64,000 nt of DNA from an uncultured virus (IMG/VR IMGVR_UViG_3300012277_000001) (taxonomy: Duplodnaviria > Heunggongvirae > Uroviricota > Caudoviricetes). The stretch spans positions 186,001 through 250,000 of IMG/VR virus record IMGVR_UViG_3300012277_000001. One strand, 5' to 3'. The translations under genes were made by a program, and so were the position numbers. Of the stretch, positions 54,980-64,000 are shown one piece after another. Every line of letters starts with the position of its first letter. Position 1 is the first letter of the stretch. The notes beneath the pieces are model-generated. The model had not been told where the DNA came from, did not search any database, and saw only the letters and a list, made by a program, of their open reading frames with translations.

Positions 54980-56919
54980 AATTTACCCTTGAGCAAAAGC
55001 GGGCAATGCGGGCCAATCCACTCGGCTACGCAAAGTCGCTTACGCCCAAACAACTAGATGCCGTGCTCACTGAGTTGGACGACCGGTATCGAGACGGAAA
55101 AGAAGTTGTGACCGACGACCAGTTCGATATCATGGATGATTATCGCTGGTCACAAAAGAAAACCAAGAAATCCAGTAAGAGTGTCGGCGGCGTAAAAAAC
55201 GCCGACATTAAACTGGAGGTTCCGATGGCGTCGTTGGAGAAATTCAACACGCTTTCGGAAGCGAAGCGGTTGGCGTTTATGCGCCACACCAGCTTCACAA
55301 TCTCGGATAAGGAAGACGGCATTTCGCTGGCGCTGACGTATGACGGCGGGGTGCCTGTTTTGCTGACCACTCGCGGTAAAACGGGTGTGGTTGGCAAAGA
55401 CCTTTCGAAAGCAATTCCGTTGCTGAAGATTCCGAAAAAGATTCCGTACAAAGGCCGGTTTTCGGTACGTGCGGAATTCACGGCTGACCGTTCCGTGTTC
55501 CAGAAGTATTTCGCAGCAGATTACAAGACCAGCCGCAACATGGGGGCCGGTCTGCTGAACCGCAACGAAGCGCAAGATCACATGAAGCGTTTCCGGGTTA
55601 TCTGCTACGAAATCCTGATGGGCAAAGGCGCTGGTATCCCATTGAACGAACAGTTCGAAATTCTCGAACGTTACAAGTTCGACGTGGTGCCTTACATCGT
55701 GGTGAAAAAAGTCACCCAAGAATCCCTTGAGAAATTCCATGACCAGCGCAAAGGTGAGGCTGGTCGGGATATCGACGGCGTTGTGGTAACGCAGAACAAA
55801 CCCTACAAGGTGACTGCTGGTTATCCATCGCACAGCTACGCATTCAAAATCAACAGCCTCGCTTCGTCGGTTGTGGTTCCTGTGGTCGATGTGGTTTTCG
55901 AAGAATCCCGCCTCGGCAAATTGACGCAGGTTATCAAAATCGACCCGACCACAATCGGTGGCGTAACCGTGACCAGTTTTACTGCGCACAATTACGAATT
56001 CATCGAGAAAGGTTACAGCGAAGCACATGTTAAAAAGAACGGTGGCAAACCTCCGTATCCACCACGTCCGATTAACGTAGGCGCCACCATTCGCGCCGTG
56101 CGTTCGGGCGATGTGATTCCGTACATCATGGAAGTTGTGCAGGGTGCGAAGAAGCCAGCGAAGCCGGAACAGGCCTACAAACGGAAAGGCAAATTCCTGT
56201 ATGCGGTGCACGACGAAAAATCCGATCTGCGCACCATCAAAGAACTAACTCACTTCTTCACGGTGCTGGAAGTTGACGGCGTTAAGCAGGGTGTAGTTAC
56301 CAAGCTTGTCGATGCCGGTTACGACACTGTGAAGAAAATCCTTGATATTGATTTGGCGGCCATCAAACAGCTGCCCAACTATGCTGATCAGTCGGCTATC
56401 AAGTTGCAGAAAAATCTGAAATCCACCAAGTCGAAAATGACATTCCTCACGGTCGCAGAAGGCAGCGCCGCGTTTGGCGAAGGCATCGGCGGCAAGCGCC
56501 TACAACTGATTTATGATTCGATCCCTGACTTGCTGGAAAAGCAATGGGATGATCGTGAGCTAGAACGGCGTGTACGGAACGTTAAAGGCTTCGACAAGTT
56601 GGCTACGCAAATTGCTGGCAATCTGAAAACTTTCATCAAATTCTGCAAACGGAACGGTATCAAATTGGTGGCCGCGAAGAAAGTGGAAGTTTCAGGTTCC
56701 AAGATGGCGGGACAGTCCGTGTTGTTCACTTCCGTCCGCGACGCAGAAGCGGAAAAATGGATCATTGCGAACGGTGGTAAGATCGCCTCGACGGTTAAGC
56801 AGGCGACCCTGCTGATCGTTAAGGATGAATCGGCCTCAAATAAGAAAACCATCGAAGCAGATTCCTTGAAAATCCCAATCCAAACGATCAACACTTTTCG
56901 CAAAAAACACGGAATTTAA
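54976..56919 (+). CDS. ligA: NAD-dependent DNA ligase
   Basis: DDQFD, PMASLEK, KEDG (motif I), TRG, RAEF, DIDGVV, AFK, RSGDVIP, HhH repeats, C-terminal BRCT-like domain. Confidence 0.93.
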   Translation: MKFTLEQKRAMRANPLGYAKSLTPKQLDAVLTELDDRYRDGKEVVTDDQFDIMDDYRWSQKKTKKSSKSVGGVKNADIKLEVPMASLEKFNTLSEAKRLAFMRHTSFTISDKEDGISLALTYDGGVPVLLTTRGKTGVVGKDLSKAIPLLKIPKKIPYKGRFSVRAEFTADRSVFQKYFAADYKTSRNMGAGLLNRNEAQDHMKRFRVICYEILMGKGAGIPLNEQFEILERYKFDVVPYIVVKKVTQESLEKFHDQRKGEAGRDIDGVVVTQNKPYKVTAGYPSHSYAFKINSLASSVVVPVVDVVFEESRLGKLTQVIKIDPTTIGGVTVTSFTAHNYEFIEKGYSEAHVKKNGGKPPYPPRPINVGATIRAVRSGDVIPYIMEVVQGAKKPAKPEQAYKRKGKFLYAVHDEKSDLRTIKELTHFFTVLEVDGVKQGVVTKLVDAGYDTVKKILDIDLAAIKQLPNYADQSAIKLQKNLKSTKSKMTFLTVAEGSAAFGEGIGGKRLQLIYDSIPDLLEKQWDDRELERRVRNVKGFDKLATQIAGNLKTFIKFCKRNGIKLVAAKKVEVSGSKMAGQSVLFTSVRDAEAEKWIIANGGKIASTVKQATLLIVKDESASNKKTIEADSLKIPIQTINTFRKKHGI

Positions 56920-56922
56920 CAA

Positions 56923-57237
56923 ATGACAACTGTAACTCTTGTCCAGTCTATGCTGGCCCGTGACTATTCCTACGATGTGAAAGTCGTGGAGCATCACGAA
57001 AAAGTAGGTATGTTGCCGCGCCTGAGCCTGATGGTTTACGGCACGCAAAACGGACTTGCGGTTCTGACGCTGGAACGTTCTGAAGCATGGGGCATTTCGG
57101 ACGTTAAAACCAACAACTTCTACCGCAATGTGGCGTGGCCTCACGGTAGCAAACTGCCCCCAACGGATGAAGGGGCGGTCGCGTTGGTTAAAACCATCAT
57201 GGAATCCATTTCGAAACACGATAAAGAGCGGGTTTAG
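56923..57237 (+). CDS. Hypothetical protein
   Basis: 104-aa ORF. Confidence 0.55.
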   Translation: MTTVTLVQSMLARDYSYDVKVVEHHEKVGMLPRLSLMVYGTQNGLAVLTLERSEAWGISDVKTNNFYRNVAWPHGSKLPPTDEGAVALVKTIMESISKHDKERV

Positions 57238-57239
57238 TA

Positions 57240-58346
57240 ATGAAAATTGCCGTGTACGCAATTGCAAAAAGCGAAGAACGTAACGTAGAGAGTTGGTTGG
57301 AAAATGTGAAGGATGCGGATGGTATTTTTGTTCTCGACACCGGGAGCAAAGATCGGACCGTTAGCCTGCTGGAAGCGGGTGGTGCAGTAGTCAATCAAAT
57401 GCATACCGGTAAAACTTTCCGGTTCGACCATGCGCGCAATGAAGCCATGTCGTACATTCCTGAAGACTACGACGTTTGCATTTCCCTCGACTTTGATGAA
57501 CGTTTGTCCCCCGACTGGCGGGAAGTAATCGAAGCCGAATTCACTGAAGAAATGACGACCGCCAATTACACATTGGTTTATTCTCACGACGAAGAAGGCA
57601 ACGTGCTGGTTTCGTACCCGCGCCTAGCCATTCACCGCCGCAATTGTGCTGCATGGCAATACCCTGTACACGAACTGCTGGTTCCCCACGAACTCGGCAA
57701 AAAGCCCACGCTTTCCATCATGGTCGTTCATTACGGCGCTGAAAAAGCTGCTGGGCATTATCTCGATCTGTTGCAACTGGCGCTTGCGGAAAACCCGAAC
57801 GACGCTCGCAACATTCAATATCTGGCGCGTGAGTATTACGCACTGGGTAATTACGCGATGGCGACAACGCTGTATCAGCAGCACGTCGATATCGAAGAAT
57901 ACGCGCCTTTCCGCGCTGAAAGCTGCATGCGTATTGCACGCATGAGCCAAGAATTCTCGACCGCTGAATGGTGGTATCGCCACGCAATTCAGCACTGCAA
58001 CAACATCCGCGAACCGTACTGCCACCTTGCGCAATTCTATTTCGGCCACCAGCGCTACCAGCATGTCATTGCGACGTTGGAAAGCGCGCTGGATTTTCCA
58101 AAGCCCGAATACGACATGGTGTACGAAGAAAAGTATTACGGCGGCCCGTGGATTGATCACATGTTGATGGCTGCGTACCAACAAACCGGGCAATACCGCA
58201 AAGCCGGTGTGCATCGTGATAATTTGTTGAATATGTATGCAAATGGGAACATCCCGGTCGATGTTGCACAGGACATTGTGCAATTGAACCGCTCTATTCA
58301 GGAACTCTTCTATGATTATTGCACTAGCGTGGGCGTTCAAGGATGA
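57240..58346 (+). CDS. GT2-family glycosyltransferase with TPR repeats
   Basis: AIAKSEE, VLDTGSKDRT, FDHARN, LDFDE (DxD), VHE; C-terminal TPR-like helices. Confidence 0.88.
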   Translation: MKIAVYAIAKSEERNVESWLENVKDADGIFVLDTGSKDRTVSLLEAGGAVVNQMHTGKTFRFDHARNEAMSYIPEDYDVCISLDFDERLSPDWREVIEAEFTEEMTTANYTLVYSHDEEGNVLVSYPRLAIHRRNCAAWQYPVHELLVPHELGKKPTLSIMVVHYGAEKAAGHYLDLLQLALAENPNDARNIQYLAREYYALGNYAMATTLYQQHVDIEEYAPFRAESCMRIARMSQEFSTAEWWYRHAIQHCNNIREPYCHLAQFYFGHQRYQHVIATLESALDFPKPEYDMVYEEKYYGGPWIDHMLMAAYQQTGQYRKAGVHRDNLLNMYANGNIPVDVAQDIVQLNRSIQELFYDYCTSVGVQG

Positions 58347-59535
58347 CGATCATGTGCAGGAACGTGCAACTTGGCAAAAACGCCTGAGTAAATCCGATTT
58401 CCTCAAGCTTTCGAAAAGCCAACGCGAACGCTACATCAAACTTTACCCGCATTCCTCGCATCGCTTCCTCATGTCGAAAGGCGATCCGGATAACGTCGAA
58501 GGGGGCCAGAAAAACAAACTGCCTGCCCCCGTAGGCCGTGACCGTTTCATGACCGAAGAGCAATTGCAGGAAAAGGCACGTCAACGTGCTGACCGTATCG
58601 CAACCCGCCGCGAAATTTCTGATTTCAACAAATCGAATGTCGCGGTTATCAACCCGCAATCGCTACAAGCCCTTGATCAGGTCAAAGACAGCCACCTTCG
58701 CGAAGCTTCGGATAACATTCAGCAGAATAAAACCGAAATCGCCAAGACCGTTGCGGTCCAGCAGAAGAAGCTTCCAAAGCTCTACAGCAAAGGCCTGCAA
58801 ACCACGCGTGATCTGGTTTCCGGTGAAGCACACGCGGACGAATTGACCACGACGCAAAAGCATGCAATGCATCGCATTTTGGGCGGTGTTGCTACTATGG
58901 CCCTTTTGGGGGCTGGCGTGCTGGCGTGTGGTATGGCTGCGGCACCACTGGGCGTTCTGGTTGGTGCCACGTTGTTCAACATGTGGGCCGGTTCCAAACA
59001 CGGTAAAAACCTGCGTGATGATATCGACGAATTCCGCCAAGCGCGGGAGAAGAAACGTCGTGCAGAACGCAAAGAACGCATTTCGCAACAAACCGCTGTT
59101 GCTTCGTCGGATGATTTGTTCACCCCGCACGAAGACGAATCCATGACCGATGCCGATACCATTAACCTGATCATTGATCACGTTACGGATCTGCTGAAAT
59201 ACCATTCGATCAAGGATTTCCAAGAACAACGCGACGAAATGTTTGCCAGTGCCAGCGCAGCCCCTGATTTCCGCGAATTGCAATACATCCTGAGTTTCGC
59301 CAGCTGTGAGAATTTCCAGCCTGTCGGCCTCGGTGTTGCATTCGACTGTATGGGCGGCACCAAAGCAATCGAACAGCTTTTCCATCGTATGGGCTACACG
59401 GTTACTGCCAGTGAACAGGGCGGTCAAATCGCATACCATTTCGACAACGGAAAAGGCCGTGCAACAATCGGCAAAAGCGACAAAGGTTTCTACGTCCGTT
59501 ATGACGGTGATTTCGATTACCGCACCGTTCTTTAA
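58312..59535 (+). CDS. Probable virion-internal (ejection-type) protein with a hydrophobic hairpin
   Basis: N-terminal MIIALA; TM-like GGVATMALLGAGVLACGMAAAPLGVLVGATLF; TAVASS and ASASA motifs. Confidence 0.55.
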   Translation: MIIALAWAFKDDDHVQERATWQKRLSKSDFLKLSKSQRERYIKLYPHSSHRFLMSKGDPDNVEGGQKNKLPAPVGRDRFMTEEQLQEKARQRADRIATRREISDFNKSNVAVINPQSLQALDQVKDSHLREASDNIQQNKTEIAKTVAVQQKKLPKLYSKGLQTTRDLVSGEAHADELTTTQKHAMHRILGGVATMALLGAGVLACGMAAAPLGVLVGATLFNMWAGSKHGKNLRDDIDEFRQAREKKRRAERKERISQQTAVASSDDLFTPHEDESMTDADTINLIIDHVTDLLKYHSIKDFQEQRDEMFASASAAPDFRELQYILSFASCENFQPVGLGVAFDCMGGTKAIEQLFHRMGYTVTASEQGGQIAYHFDNGKGRATIGKSDKGFYVRYDGDFDYRTVL

Positions 59536-59546
59536 AGGAGGCAATA

Positions 59547-59879
59547 ATGCTCACTTTCCTGAGTGATCCTGAAGAACGGCATTTGCCGATGCACGAACGC
59601 ACAACGGTTTGGGTATGTGATGGCGATAAACGCATTGCTACCCTTGCCGCCGTTCCAGACGAAAGCAAAAACCGTTCGCACCAAACTGCAATGTGGACCG
59701 CAAAACTGCACCACAAACAATTCGATCCATTCGACCACGACCATGAATTCGACGAAGAAAATCCGAACGTTCATGTCGCGCAGTCAGAAGAGGGTTTGCT
59801 GTCGCTGAATAATCCTAACAAAATGGCAATTGCTGACGCCCGCCAGTGGGTCCGCGATCACTACACTGGAGGCAAGTAA
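59547..59879 (+). CDS. Hypothetical protein
   Basis: AGGAGG RBS. Confidence 0.65.
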   Translation: MLTFLSDPEERHLPMHERTTVWVCDGDKRIATLAAVPDESKNRSHQTAMWTAKLHHKQFDPFDHDHEFDEENPNVHVAQSEEGLLSLNNPNKMAIADARQWVRDHYTGGK

Positions 59880-59880
59880 T

Positions 59881-60768
59881 ATGCTTGTTGATATCAGCGG
59901 TAATCCGCTCAAAAAACAACTGAAACCAACCCGCCAAGAAATCGCTACTGCCGCCAATCTTCCCCAGCAGGTGCACAACGATGAAATGGCGTTGGGTTTC
60001 AGCATGGGAACCCCGCTGGCCACCACTGAATTAGTGGGTGCACGGCTGAACGCAGCCGGGGAATTGCCTATCAGCGCCGAGGTTTCTGGTACTGGTTTTG
60101 CTGAAACGCTCGAAGCCAACGTTTGGCTGGGTCGTGCTGCTGAATACCACGGCCTTTCGCAGAACATTAGCGACTATATTCTGGTTGCTGTTCCTGCGAT
60201 GGTTACGCGTTTGCCGAATACCAATGGCGATTCGGTGGATTTGAAACAATTCACCGCGTGGAATGAACCCTGTGCGCGACTCGCCTACAAAACGTGGGAA
60301 GGTCGCCCGATGTATGTCGAACACCAGCATTCGCCTGAATGGGTTCGCGGTTTGATTCTCGGTACGTTCATGCGTCCGACACGTTTCAAAAACATTCACA
60401 AAATCGTGATGTTGGGTGCATTGGATCGCACGCGTGATCCGCAACGCTGCGCACGTGTTTTGAAACGTGAATTGAACACGTATTCCATGGGCATGATGTA
60501 CAGTGCTTATGCGTGTTCGATCTGTGGTCACATTGCCGGTCGTGGTGTTGGTAGCCCTTGCAGCCACACCAAACCTCGCAAACCCACGTATCAATTGGCG
60601 GATGGTCGTTTGGCATATCGCCGCTGCATGAATATCACCGGGTTTGAATTGTCGTTGCTGGAAAACGTAGGCGGTCGCCACGGCCAAGACGGTTACAAAC
60701 AGGGTTATGGTGATCCCTCCTACGTTAGTGCAATCGGGGATATTCTCCTTGATCCAAAATCCATCTAG
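59881..60768 (+). CDS. Putative prohead (capsid maturation) serine protease
   Basis: GGAGG RBS; NTNGD, PMYVEH, YSMG followed by CSIC and FELS motifs; upstream of the scaffold/capsid block. Confidence 0.65.
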   Translation: MLVDISGNPLKKQLKPTRQEIATAANLPQQVHNDEMALGFSMGTPLATTELVGARLNAAGELPISAEVSGTGFAETLEANVWLGRAAEYHGLSQNISDYILVAVPAMVTRLPNTNGDSVDLKQFTAWNEPCARLAYKTWEGRPMYVEHQHSPEWVRGLILGTFMRPTRFKNIHKIVMLGALDRTRDPQRCARVLKRELNTYSMGMMYSAYACSICGHIAGRGVGSPCSHTKPRKPTYQLADGRLAYRRCMNITGFELSLLENVGGRHGQDGYKQGYGDPSYVSAIGDILLDPKSI

Positions 60769-60781
60769 CAGGGAACATAAA

Positions 60782-60919
60782 ATGGCCGAAGTTTTGATTA
60801 ACTACCGCAAGGCAAAAGCGGCTCGCGAACGTGCTGAAAAGCTGGGTATCAAACCCGGTATCGGTGCAATCGTAATGCCAAAAGAACCCGTGCTTAAACG
60901 CGAAGAGGATTGGCTATGA
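60782..60919 (+). CDS. Small hypothetical protein
   Basis: GGGA RBS; 45 aa. Confidence 0.4.
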   Translation: MAEVLINYRKAKAARERAEKLGIKPGIGAIVMPKEPVLKREEDWL

Positions 60920-61043
60920 AAACCAAAGAATGGTCTGACGTACGCCCCGATATCTAAGGTGCCACATGAATGATGAACGCCCTGACATTTAAACAGCAAA
61001 TGCTTTACATACGCTAGCCCGTTCCATTCCGGGGCGGGCGCGC

Positions 61044-61322
61044 ATGCAGAGCATTGAAATGTCCTACGATAAAGAAGCCAAGCAGCAACGTATTGCTGAT
61101 CGTGAACGTGTTATTAAAAAGCACGTAAAAGATTGGAATAATTACCCGCATGGGACGGACCGCATTAAGCCTTCTAATAAGTGGGCTAAACGCAATGCGT
61201 TTAATTGCGGTCGGTCTGGCTGCTTTATGTGTTGTAACCCACGCCGTACCTTTGGTCGTTTGACCATTGCAGAAGTTTCAGCAAATGAGGCATTCGGTTT
61301 GGAAATGCAGCATATCGAATAG
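61044..61322 (+). CDS. Small Cys-rich phage protein
   Basis: CGRSGCFMCCNPRR. Confidence 0.55.
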   Translation: MQSIEMSYDKEAKQQRIADRERVIKKHVKDWNNYPHGTDRIKPSNKWAKRNAFNCGRSGCFMCCNPRRTFGRLTIAEVSANEAFGLEMQHIE

Positions 61323-61384
61323 TCGCTAATTTATTCTTAGTCTACGAGGGTAGGCTTGTTGTACCTCTTTATGTCACAGCATTT

Positions 61385-61424
61385 AAGCCCACACAGGTTC
61401 CCCCGCCTGCGTGGGCTTTTTTTT
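61385..61424 (+). terminator. Rho-independent terminator
   Basis: AAGCCCACACAGG...CCTGCGTGGGCTTTTTTTT. Confidence 0.85.
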
Positions 61425-61477
61425 GCCCGAAATTCTTGTTTGCTGTAATTTAAACCTGTAGCACGAAGGAGACTGCT

Positions 61478-61840
61478 ATGGAAATGATGATTGCTCTAGC
61501 AGCCTCGCCATTAACTGATATGCATCAGCCGAAAACCTTCGATGTTCGAAGCTTGAAACACCAATTGTTCAATATCCAAGAAATTCGAAAGGGTTTGATC
61601 AAAGCGGATATCAAGTTTGACCATCAAGGCGACGGTAAACCGCATCACAGTGCTCGCGTCGATTTAGTTTCTGATATGGGTTCGGGTTACATTGAATTCG
61701 CCCTCGAAGAAACGAATTGGTGGTACAAGGGCGAAACGAACATTAATGGCGAACTCACGGATTATGAAGGCTATACGGCGCACCATTCGGTGCAAGCTGT
61801 TTGCCGGAAGGTTCGGGGGCTGTTGCTGAAACTGCTATAA
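61478..61840 (+). CDS. Hypothetical late protein; N-terminus MEMMIALAAS
   Basis: TAATTTAA upstream; AGGAG RBS. Confidence 0.6.
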   Translation: MEMMIALAASPLTDMHQPKTFDVRSLKHQLFNIQEIRKGLIKADIKFDHQGDGKPHHSARVDLVSDMGSGYIEFALEETNWWYKGETNINGELTDYEGYTAHHSVQAVCRKVRGLLLKLL

Positions 61841-61902
61841 GTTTTGATCTTTGTAATTTTTAAATGTGAGGTGAAAGCCCACAACTCTTAATGGAGTGAA
61901 CC

Positions 61903-63870
61903 ATGTCGAAACGAAATTCGCGCCTGCGCGGCATCGTCGTTATGGCTGACAACCAAGAGCAAGCAGTGGAACATTTCAGTGCTGTCGCTTCCGGCGAATA
62001 TCGCGTATTGGAAAGTAAAGATGGCACTTACGCCATCGCTACCGCCAACACCGATATGTCCCTATTGAATCCTCTCGATGGGGAAGAAATGGTGGCAGTT
62101 GCGGAAGACGAAAAACACGAAATGGTAGCGACCGCATCCGCCGATGGCGATATGGACGCTTTCTATCAGGCTTGTTCCAGTGGTTGCGGCGCACACGTTA
62201 TCTCGGACGTTGAAGAACTGCTGAGTAAATGCCCGGCTTGCGCTTCCGACCTCCCACAAATGGAAGACGCCGACTTGAAAAACAAACCACAACCGAAAGA
62301 AATGTTGGTTGCTGTTGCTGCCACTCGCGCCGAGGCTATCGAAGCTTTCCGTGCGTTGGCCAGCGGTAACTGCGAGACTTTCGCGGCCCAATGTGTTGAT
62401 AACATGGTGCTGTCCAACCAGCCCGTGAATTTCGACATTTTCAAAGCCACCGCCGCCGAACAGGTTGCAGACTACGTGCCTCAACTGGCCGTTGCGTCCG
62501 CCCTTGAAGACGGCAAAATGAAAGTGCACTATCTGGTAACTGCCAGCGATGACGGTCCAGAAATGCACATCATTTCGAACAGCGACAAAGCGATTTTCTG
62601 CCCGGTAACTTCGATGGGTCTGATCGACCCTGAAGACGAATTCACCGAAGAACAGAAAGCCGTTGCGTCTGCTGACTTCGCCGCTACCGCTTCGGATGAT
62701 GAAGAGGAAGAGGAAGAAGAGGAAGAAGACGACGACTTCGAGGACGACGAAGAGGAAGAAGAGGAAGAGGAAGAAGAGGAAGAAGACGATTCGGACGACG
62801 AAGACGAAGACGACGATGATCTGTCGTTGGGCCTCGCTGCTGCTGAAAAACCAGCGAAAAAAGGCGGCGTAAAACGCAAGGTGAAACCGACCATGGCTAC
62901 CGCAAGTACCCAGCCGGAAACCGGCGCTGCCGCTGTTCAAGCAGGCACCGAAGAAAACGTTCAAACCGAACAAACCAACGTTGCGCAAACTGGCGAACAA
63001 GCCACTGCCAACACCGAAACCCAAACCGAGCAAACCGCTGCGGCTGTTCAAGCGCAAACCGAACAAACTCCGGTTGAAGTTTCTGCTTCGTTCGTTTCCA
63101 TCGCGTCCAACGACATGAAGGAAAAATCTGTTGACGTTAATTATGTAGGTAACGTCAAAGGCGAAGCGACTTGGGTTGCTTTCCACGACGGTATTCCGTT
63201 CGCCAAAGCTGTTGCTTCGGCTGCTGAAAACCCAGCGCAATTCGCTGACCCTTCTTTTGGCCGCGCTTTCAAAGCAGTTGCAGCCGAACAGGGTGTTGCT
63301 CAAGCAATCGAGCAATTCCGTTTCGAAGAAATCAAACCTGTGATGCAAGTTGAACAGGTTGTGGCTGAACAAATCCAGTCGCAGGTTGCCGAGCAAACTG
63401 CTGTGCTGGCCCAAGCTTCCGCCAAAGATCAATCGGAACTCGCGGATCGTTTCATGACCGCCATGGCGACCGCTGCTCACGGCATTACCACTGGTTATTT
63501 CCGTGACACTTCGAACCCGATCATGTCGGCTCTGGCTTCCACTCTGGAATCCGTAGGCCTGCAAGGTGCCGAAGACCTGTTGCAACGTGCGTTCCTCGAT
63601 CACTCGCCGGAATACCACAAAGCAATTCTGGCAAAAGCCAGCGAAATCCTGAAATACGATGCCGTCGTGCAAAATCAGATGGCAACTGCTGTAACCCAAA
63701 TCGAACCGAAAAATGTGGTTGCGACCGCTTCTTCGATTTCGGTGGGCCGCCCGGTTCAAGCTCCGGTGCAAGTGCAAAACAAGGAAAGCGAACTCGCTAC
63801 CGCTTCGGCGCAGCAGTCGCAGCCTTCCAACTTCCAATCCAAGCTGCAAGGCTTGAAACTGTTCCGCTAA
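61903..63870 (+). CDS. Putative prohead core/scaffold protein with a poly-acidic tract and more than 10 A-x-A-S-type motifs
   Basis: GGAG RBS; TAATTTT upstream; long D/E tract; lies between the protease and the downstream head gene. Confidence 0.6.
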   Translation: MSKRNSRLRGIVVMADNQEQAVEHFSAVASGEYRVLESKDGTYAIATANTDMSLLNPLDGEEMVAVAEDEKHEMVATASADGDMDAFYQACSSGCGAHVISDVEELLSKCPACASDLPQMEDADLKNKPQPKEMLVAVAATRAEAIEAFRALASGNCETFAAQCVDNMVLSNQPVNFDIFKATAAEQVADYVPQLAVASALEDGKMKVHYLVTASDDGPEMHIISNSDKAIFCPVTSMGLIDPEDEFTEEQKAVASADFAATASDDEEEEEEEEEDDDFEDDEEEEEEEEEEEEDDSDDEDEDDDDLSLGLAAAEKPAKKGGVKRKVKPTMATASTQPETGAAAVQAGTEENVQTEQTNVAQTGEQATANTETQTEQTAAAVQAQTEQTPVEVSASFVSIASNDMKEKSVDVNYVGNVKGEATWVAFHDGIPFAKAVASAAENPAQFADPSFGRAFKAVAAEQGVAQAIEQFRFEEIKPVMQVEQVVAEQIQSQVAEQTAVLAQASAKDQSELADRFMTAMATAAHGITTGYFRDTSNPIMSALASTLESVGLQGAEDLLQRAFLDHSPEYHKAILAKASEILKYDAVVQNQMATAVTQIEPKNVVATASSISVGRPVQAPVQVQNKESELATASAQQSQPSNFQSKLQGLKLFR

Positions 63871-63885
63871 TCGGAGAATCATCAA

Positions 63886-64000
63886 ATGATCGTTGATAAA
63901 TACACTCGCACTTTCAACACCGAATTCCGCGATGTTGAGCCGGGTCTGGACCTGCAAGAAGACGGCCAAGCGCTGGTTTTCACCAAAGTCCAAGGCCGCA
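63886..64000 (+). CDS. Partial ORF running off the window end (MIVDKYTRTFNTEFRDVEPG...), probable head structural protein
   Basis: GGAG RBS; open to the end of the window. Confidence 0.55.
   Translation, partial: MIVDKYTRTFNTEFRDVEPGLDLQEDGQALVFTKVQGR

Noticed and set aside
62695..62820. GAR/GAY-rich simple repeat as a microsatellite or array
   Set aside because: It is the in-frame poly-Glu/Asp tract of the scaffold-like protein.
1..64000. tRNA/rRNA genes, integrase, and phage-nucleus (chimallin/PhuZ) genes
   Set aside because: None recognised by eye. tRNAscan and profile searches would be needed to exclude them formally.

Overview
The window is a 64-kb segment of a large lytic myovirus (jumbo-phage type). 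Its gene content recalls the Lu11/PaBG/phiRSL1-like group, an inference from gene set rather than a search. All credible genes are on the + strand and densely packed, often with ATGA/GTGA overlaps. Replication and repair genes: a DnaX-like clamp loader, a beta-clamp-like protein, a family A DNA polymerase with an N-terminal UDG-like domain, SbcC and SbcD, a UvsW-like SF2 helicase, a 2022-aa SNF2-like helicase, a degenerate DnaC-like ATPase, a J-domain protein, an NAD-dependent ligase and an HNH protein. Virion genes: tail sheath, Ig-repeat tail proteins, a prohead protease candidate, an acidic scaffold-like protein, and an H1-like basic protein with AT-hook-like repeats. Main findings: (1) an accessory island between sbcC and sbcD whose small ORFs appear built from fragments of structural proteins (sheath, and probably capsid, tube and LysM), three of them carrying a shared basic R-[SG]-[RA]-R-x-A module, a candidate decoy/mimic system; (2) two recurring phage-specific DNA motifs, CTGTAAAYA before replication genes and TAATTTW before virion genes; (3) a recurring A-x-A-S peptide in putative head proteins, a candidate protease or targeting signal; (4) a non-coding region with many GNA-loop hairpins and a G-quadruplex, a candidate origin; (5) an in-frame TGA splitting a metallopeptidase gene. 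I saw no tRNA, rRNA or CRISPR array. Family assignments come from motif recognition by eye.
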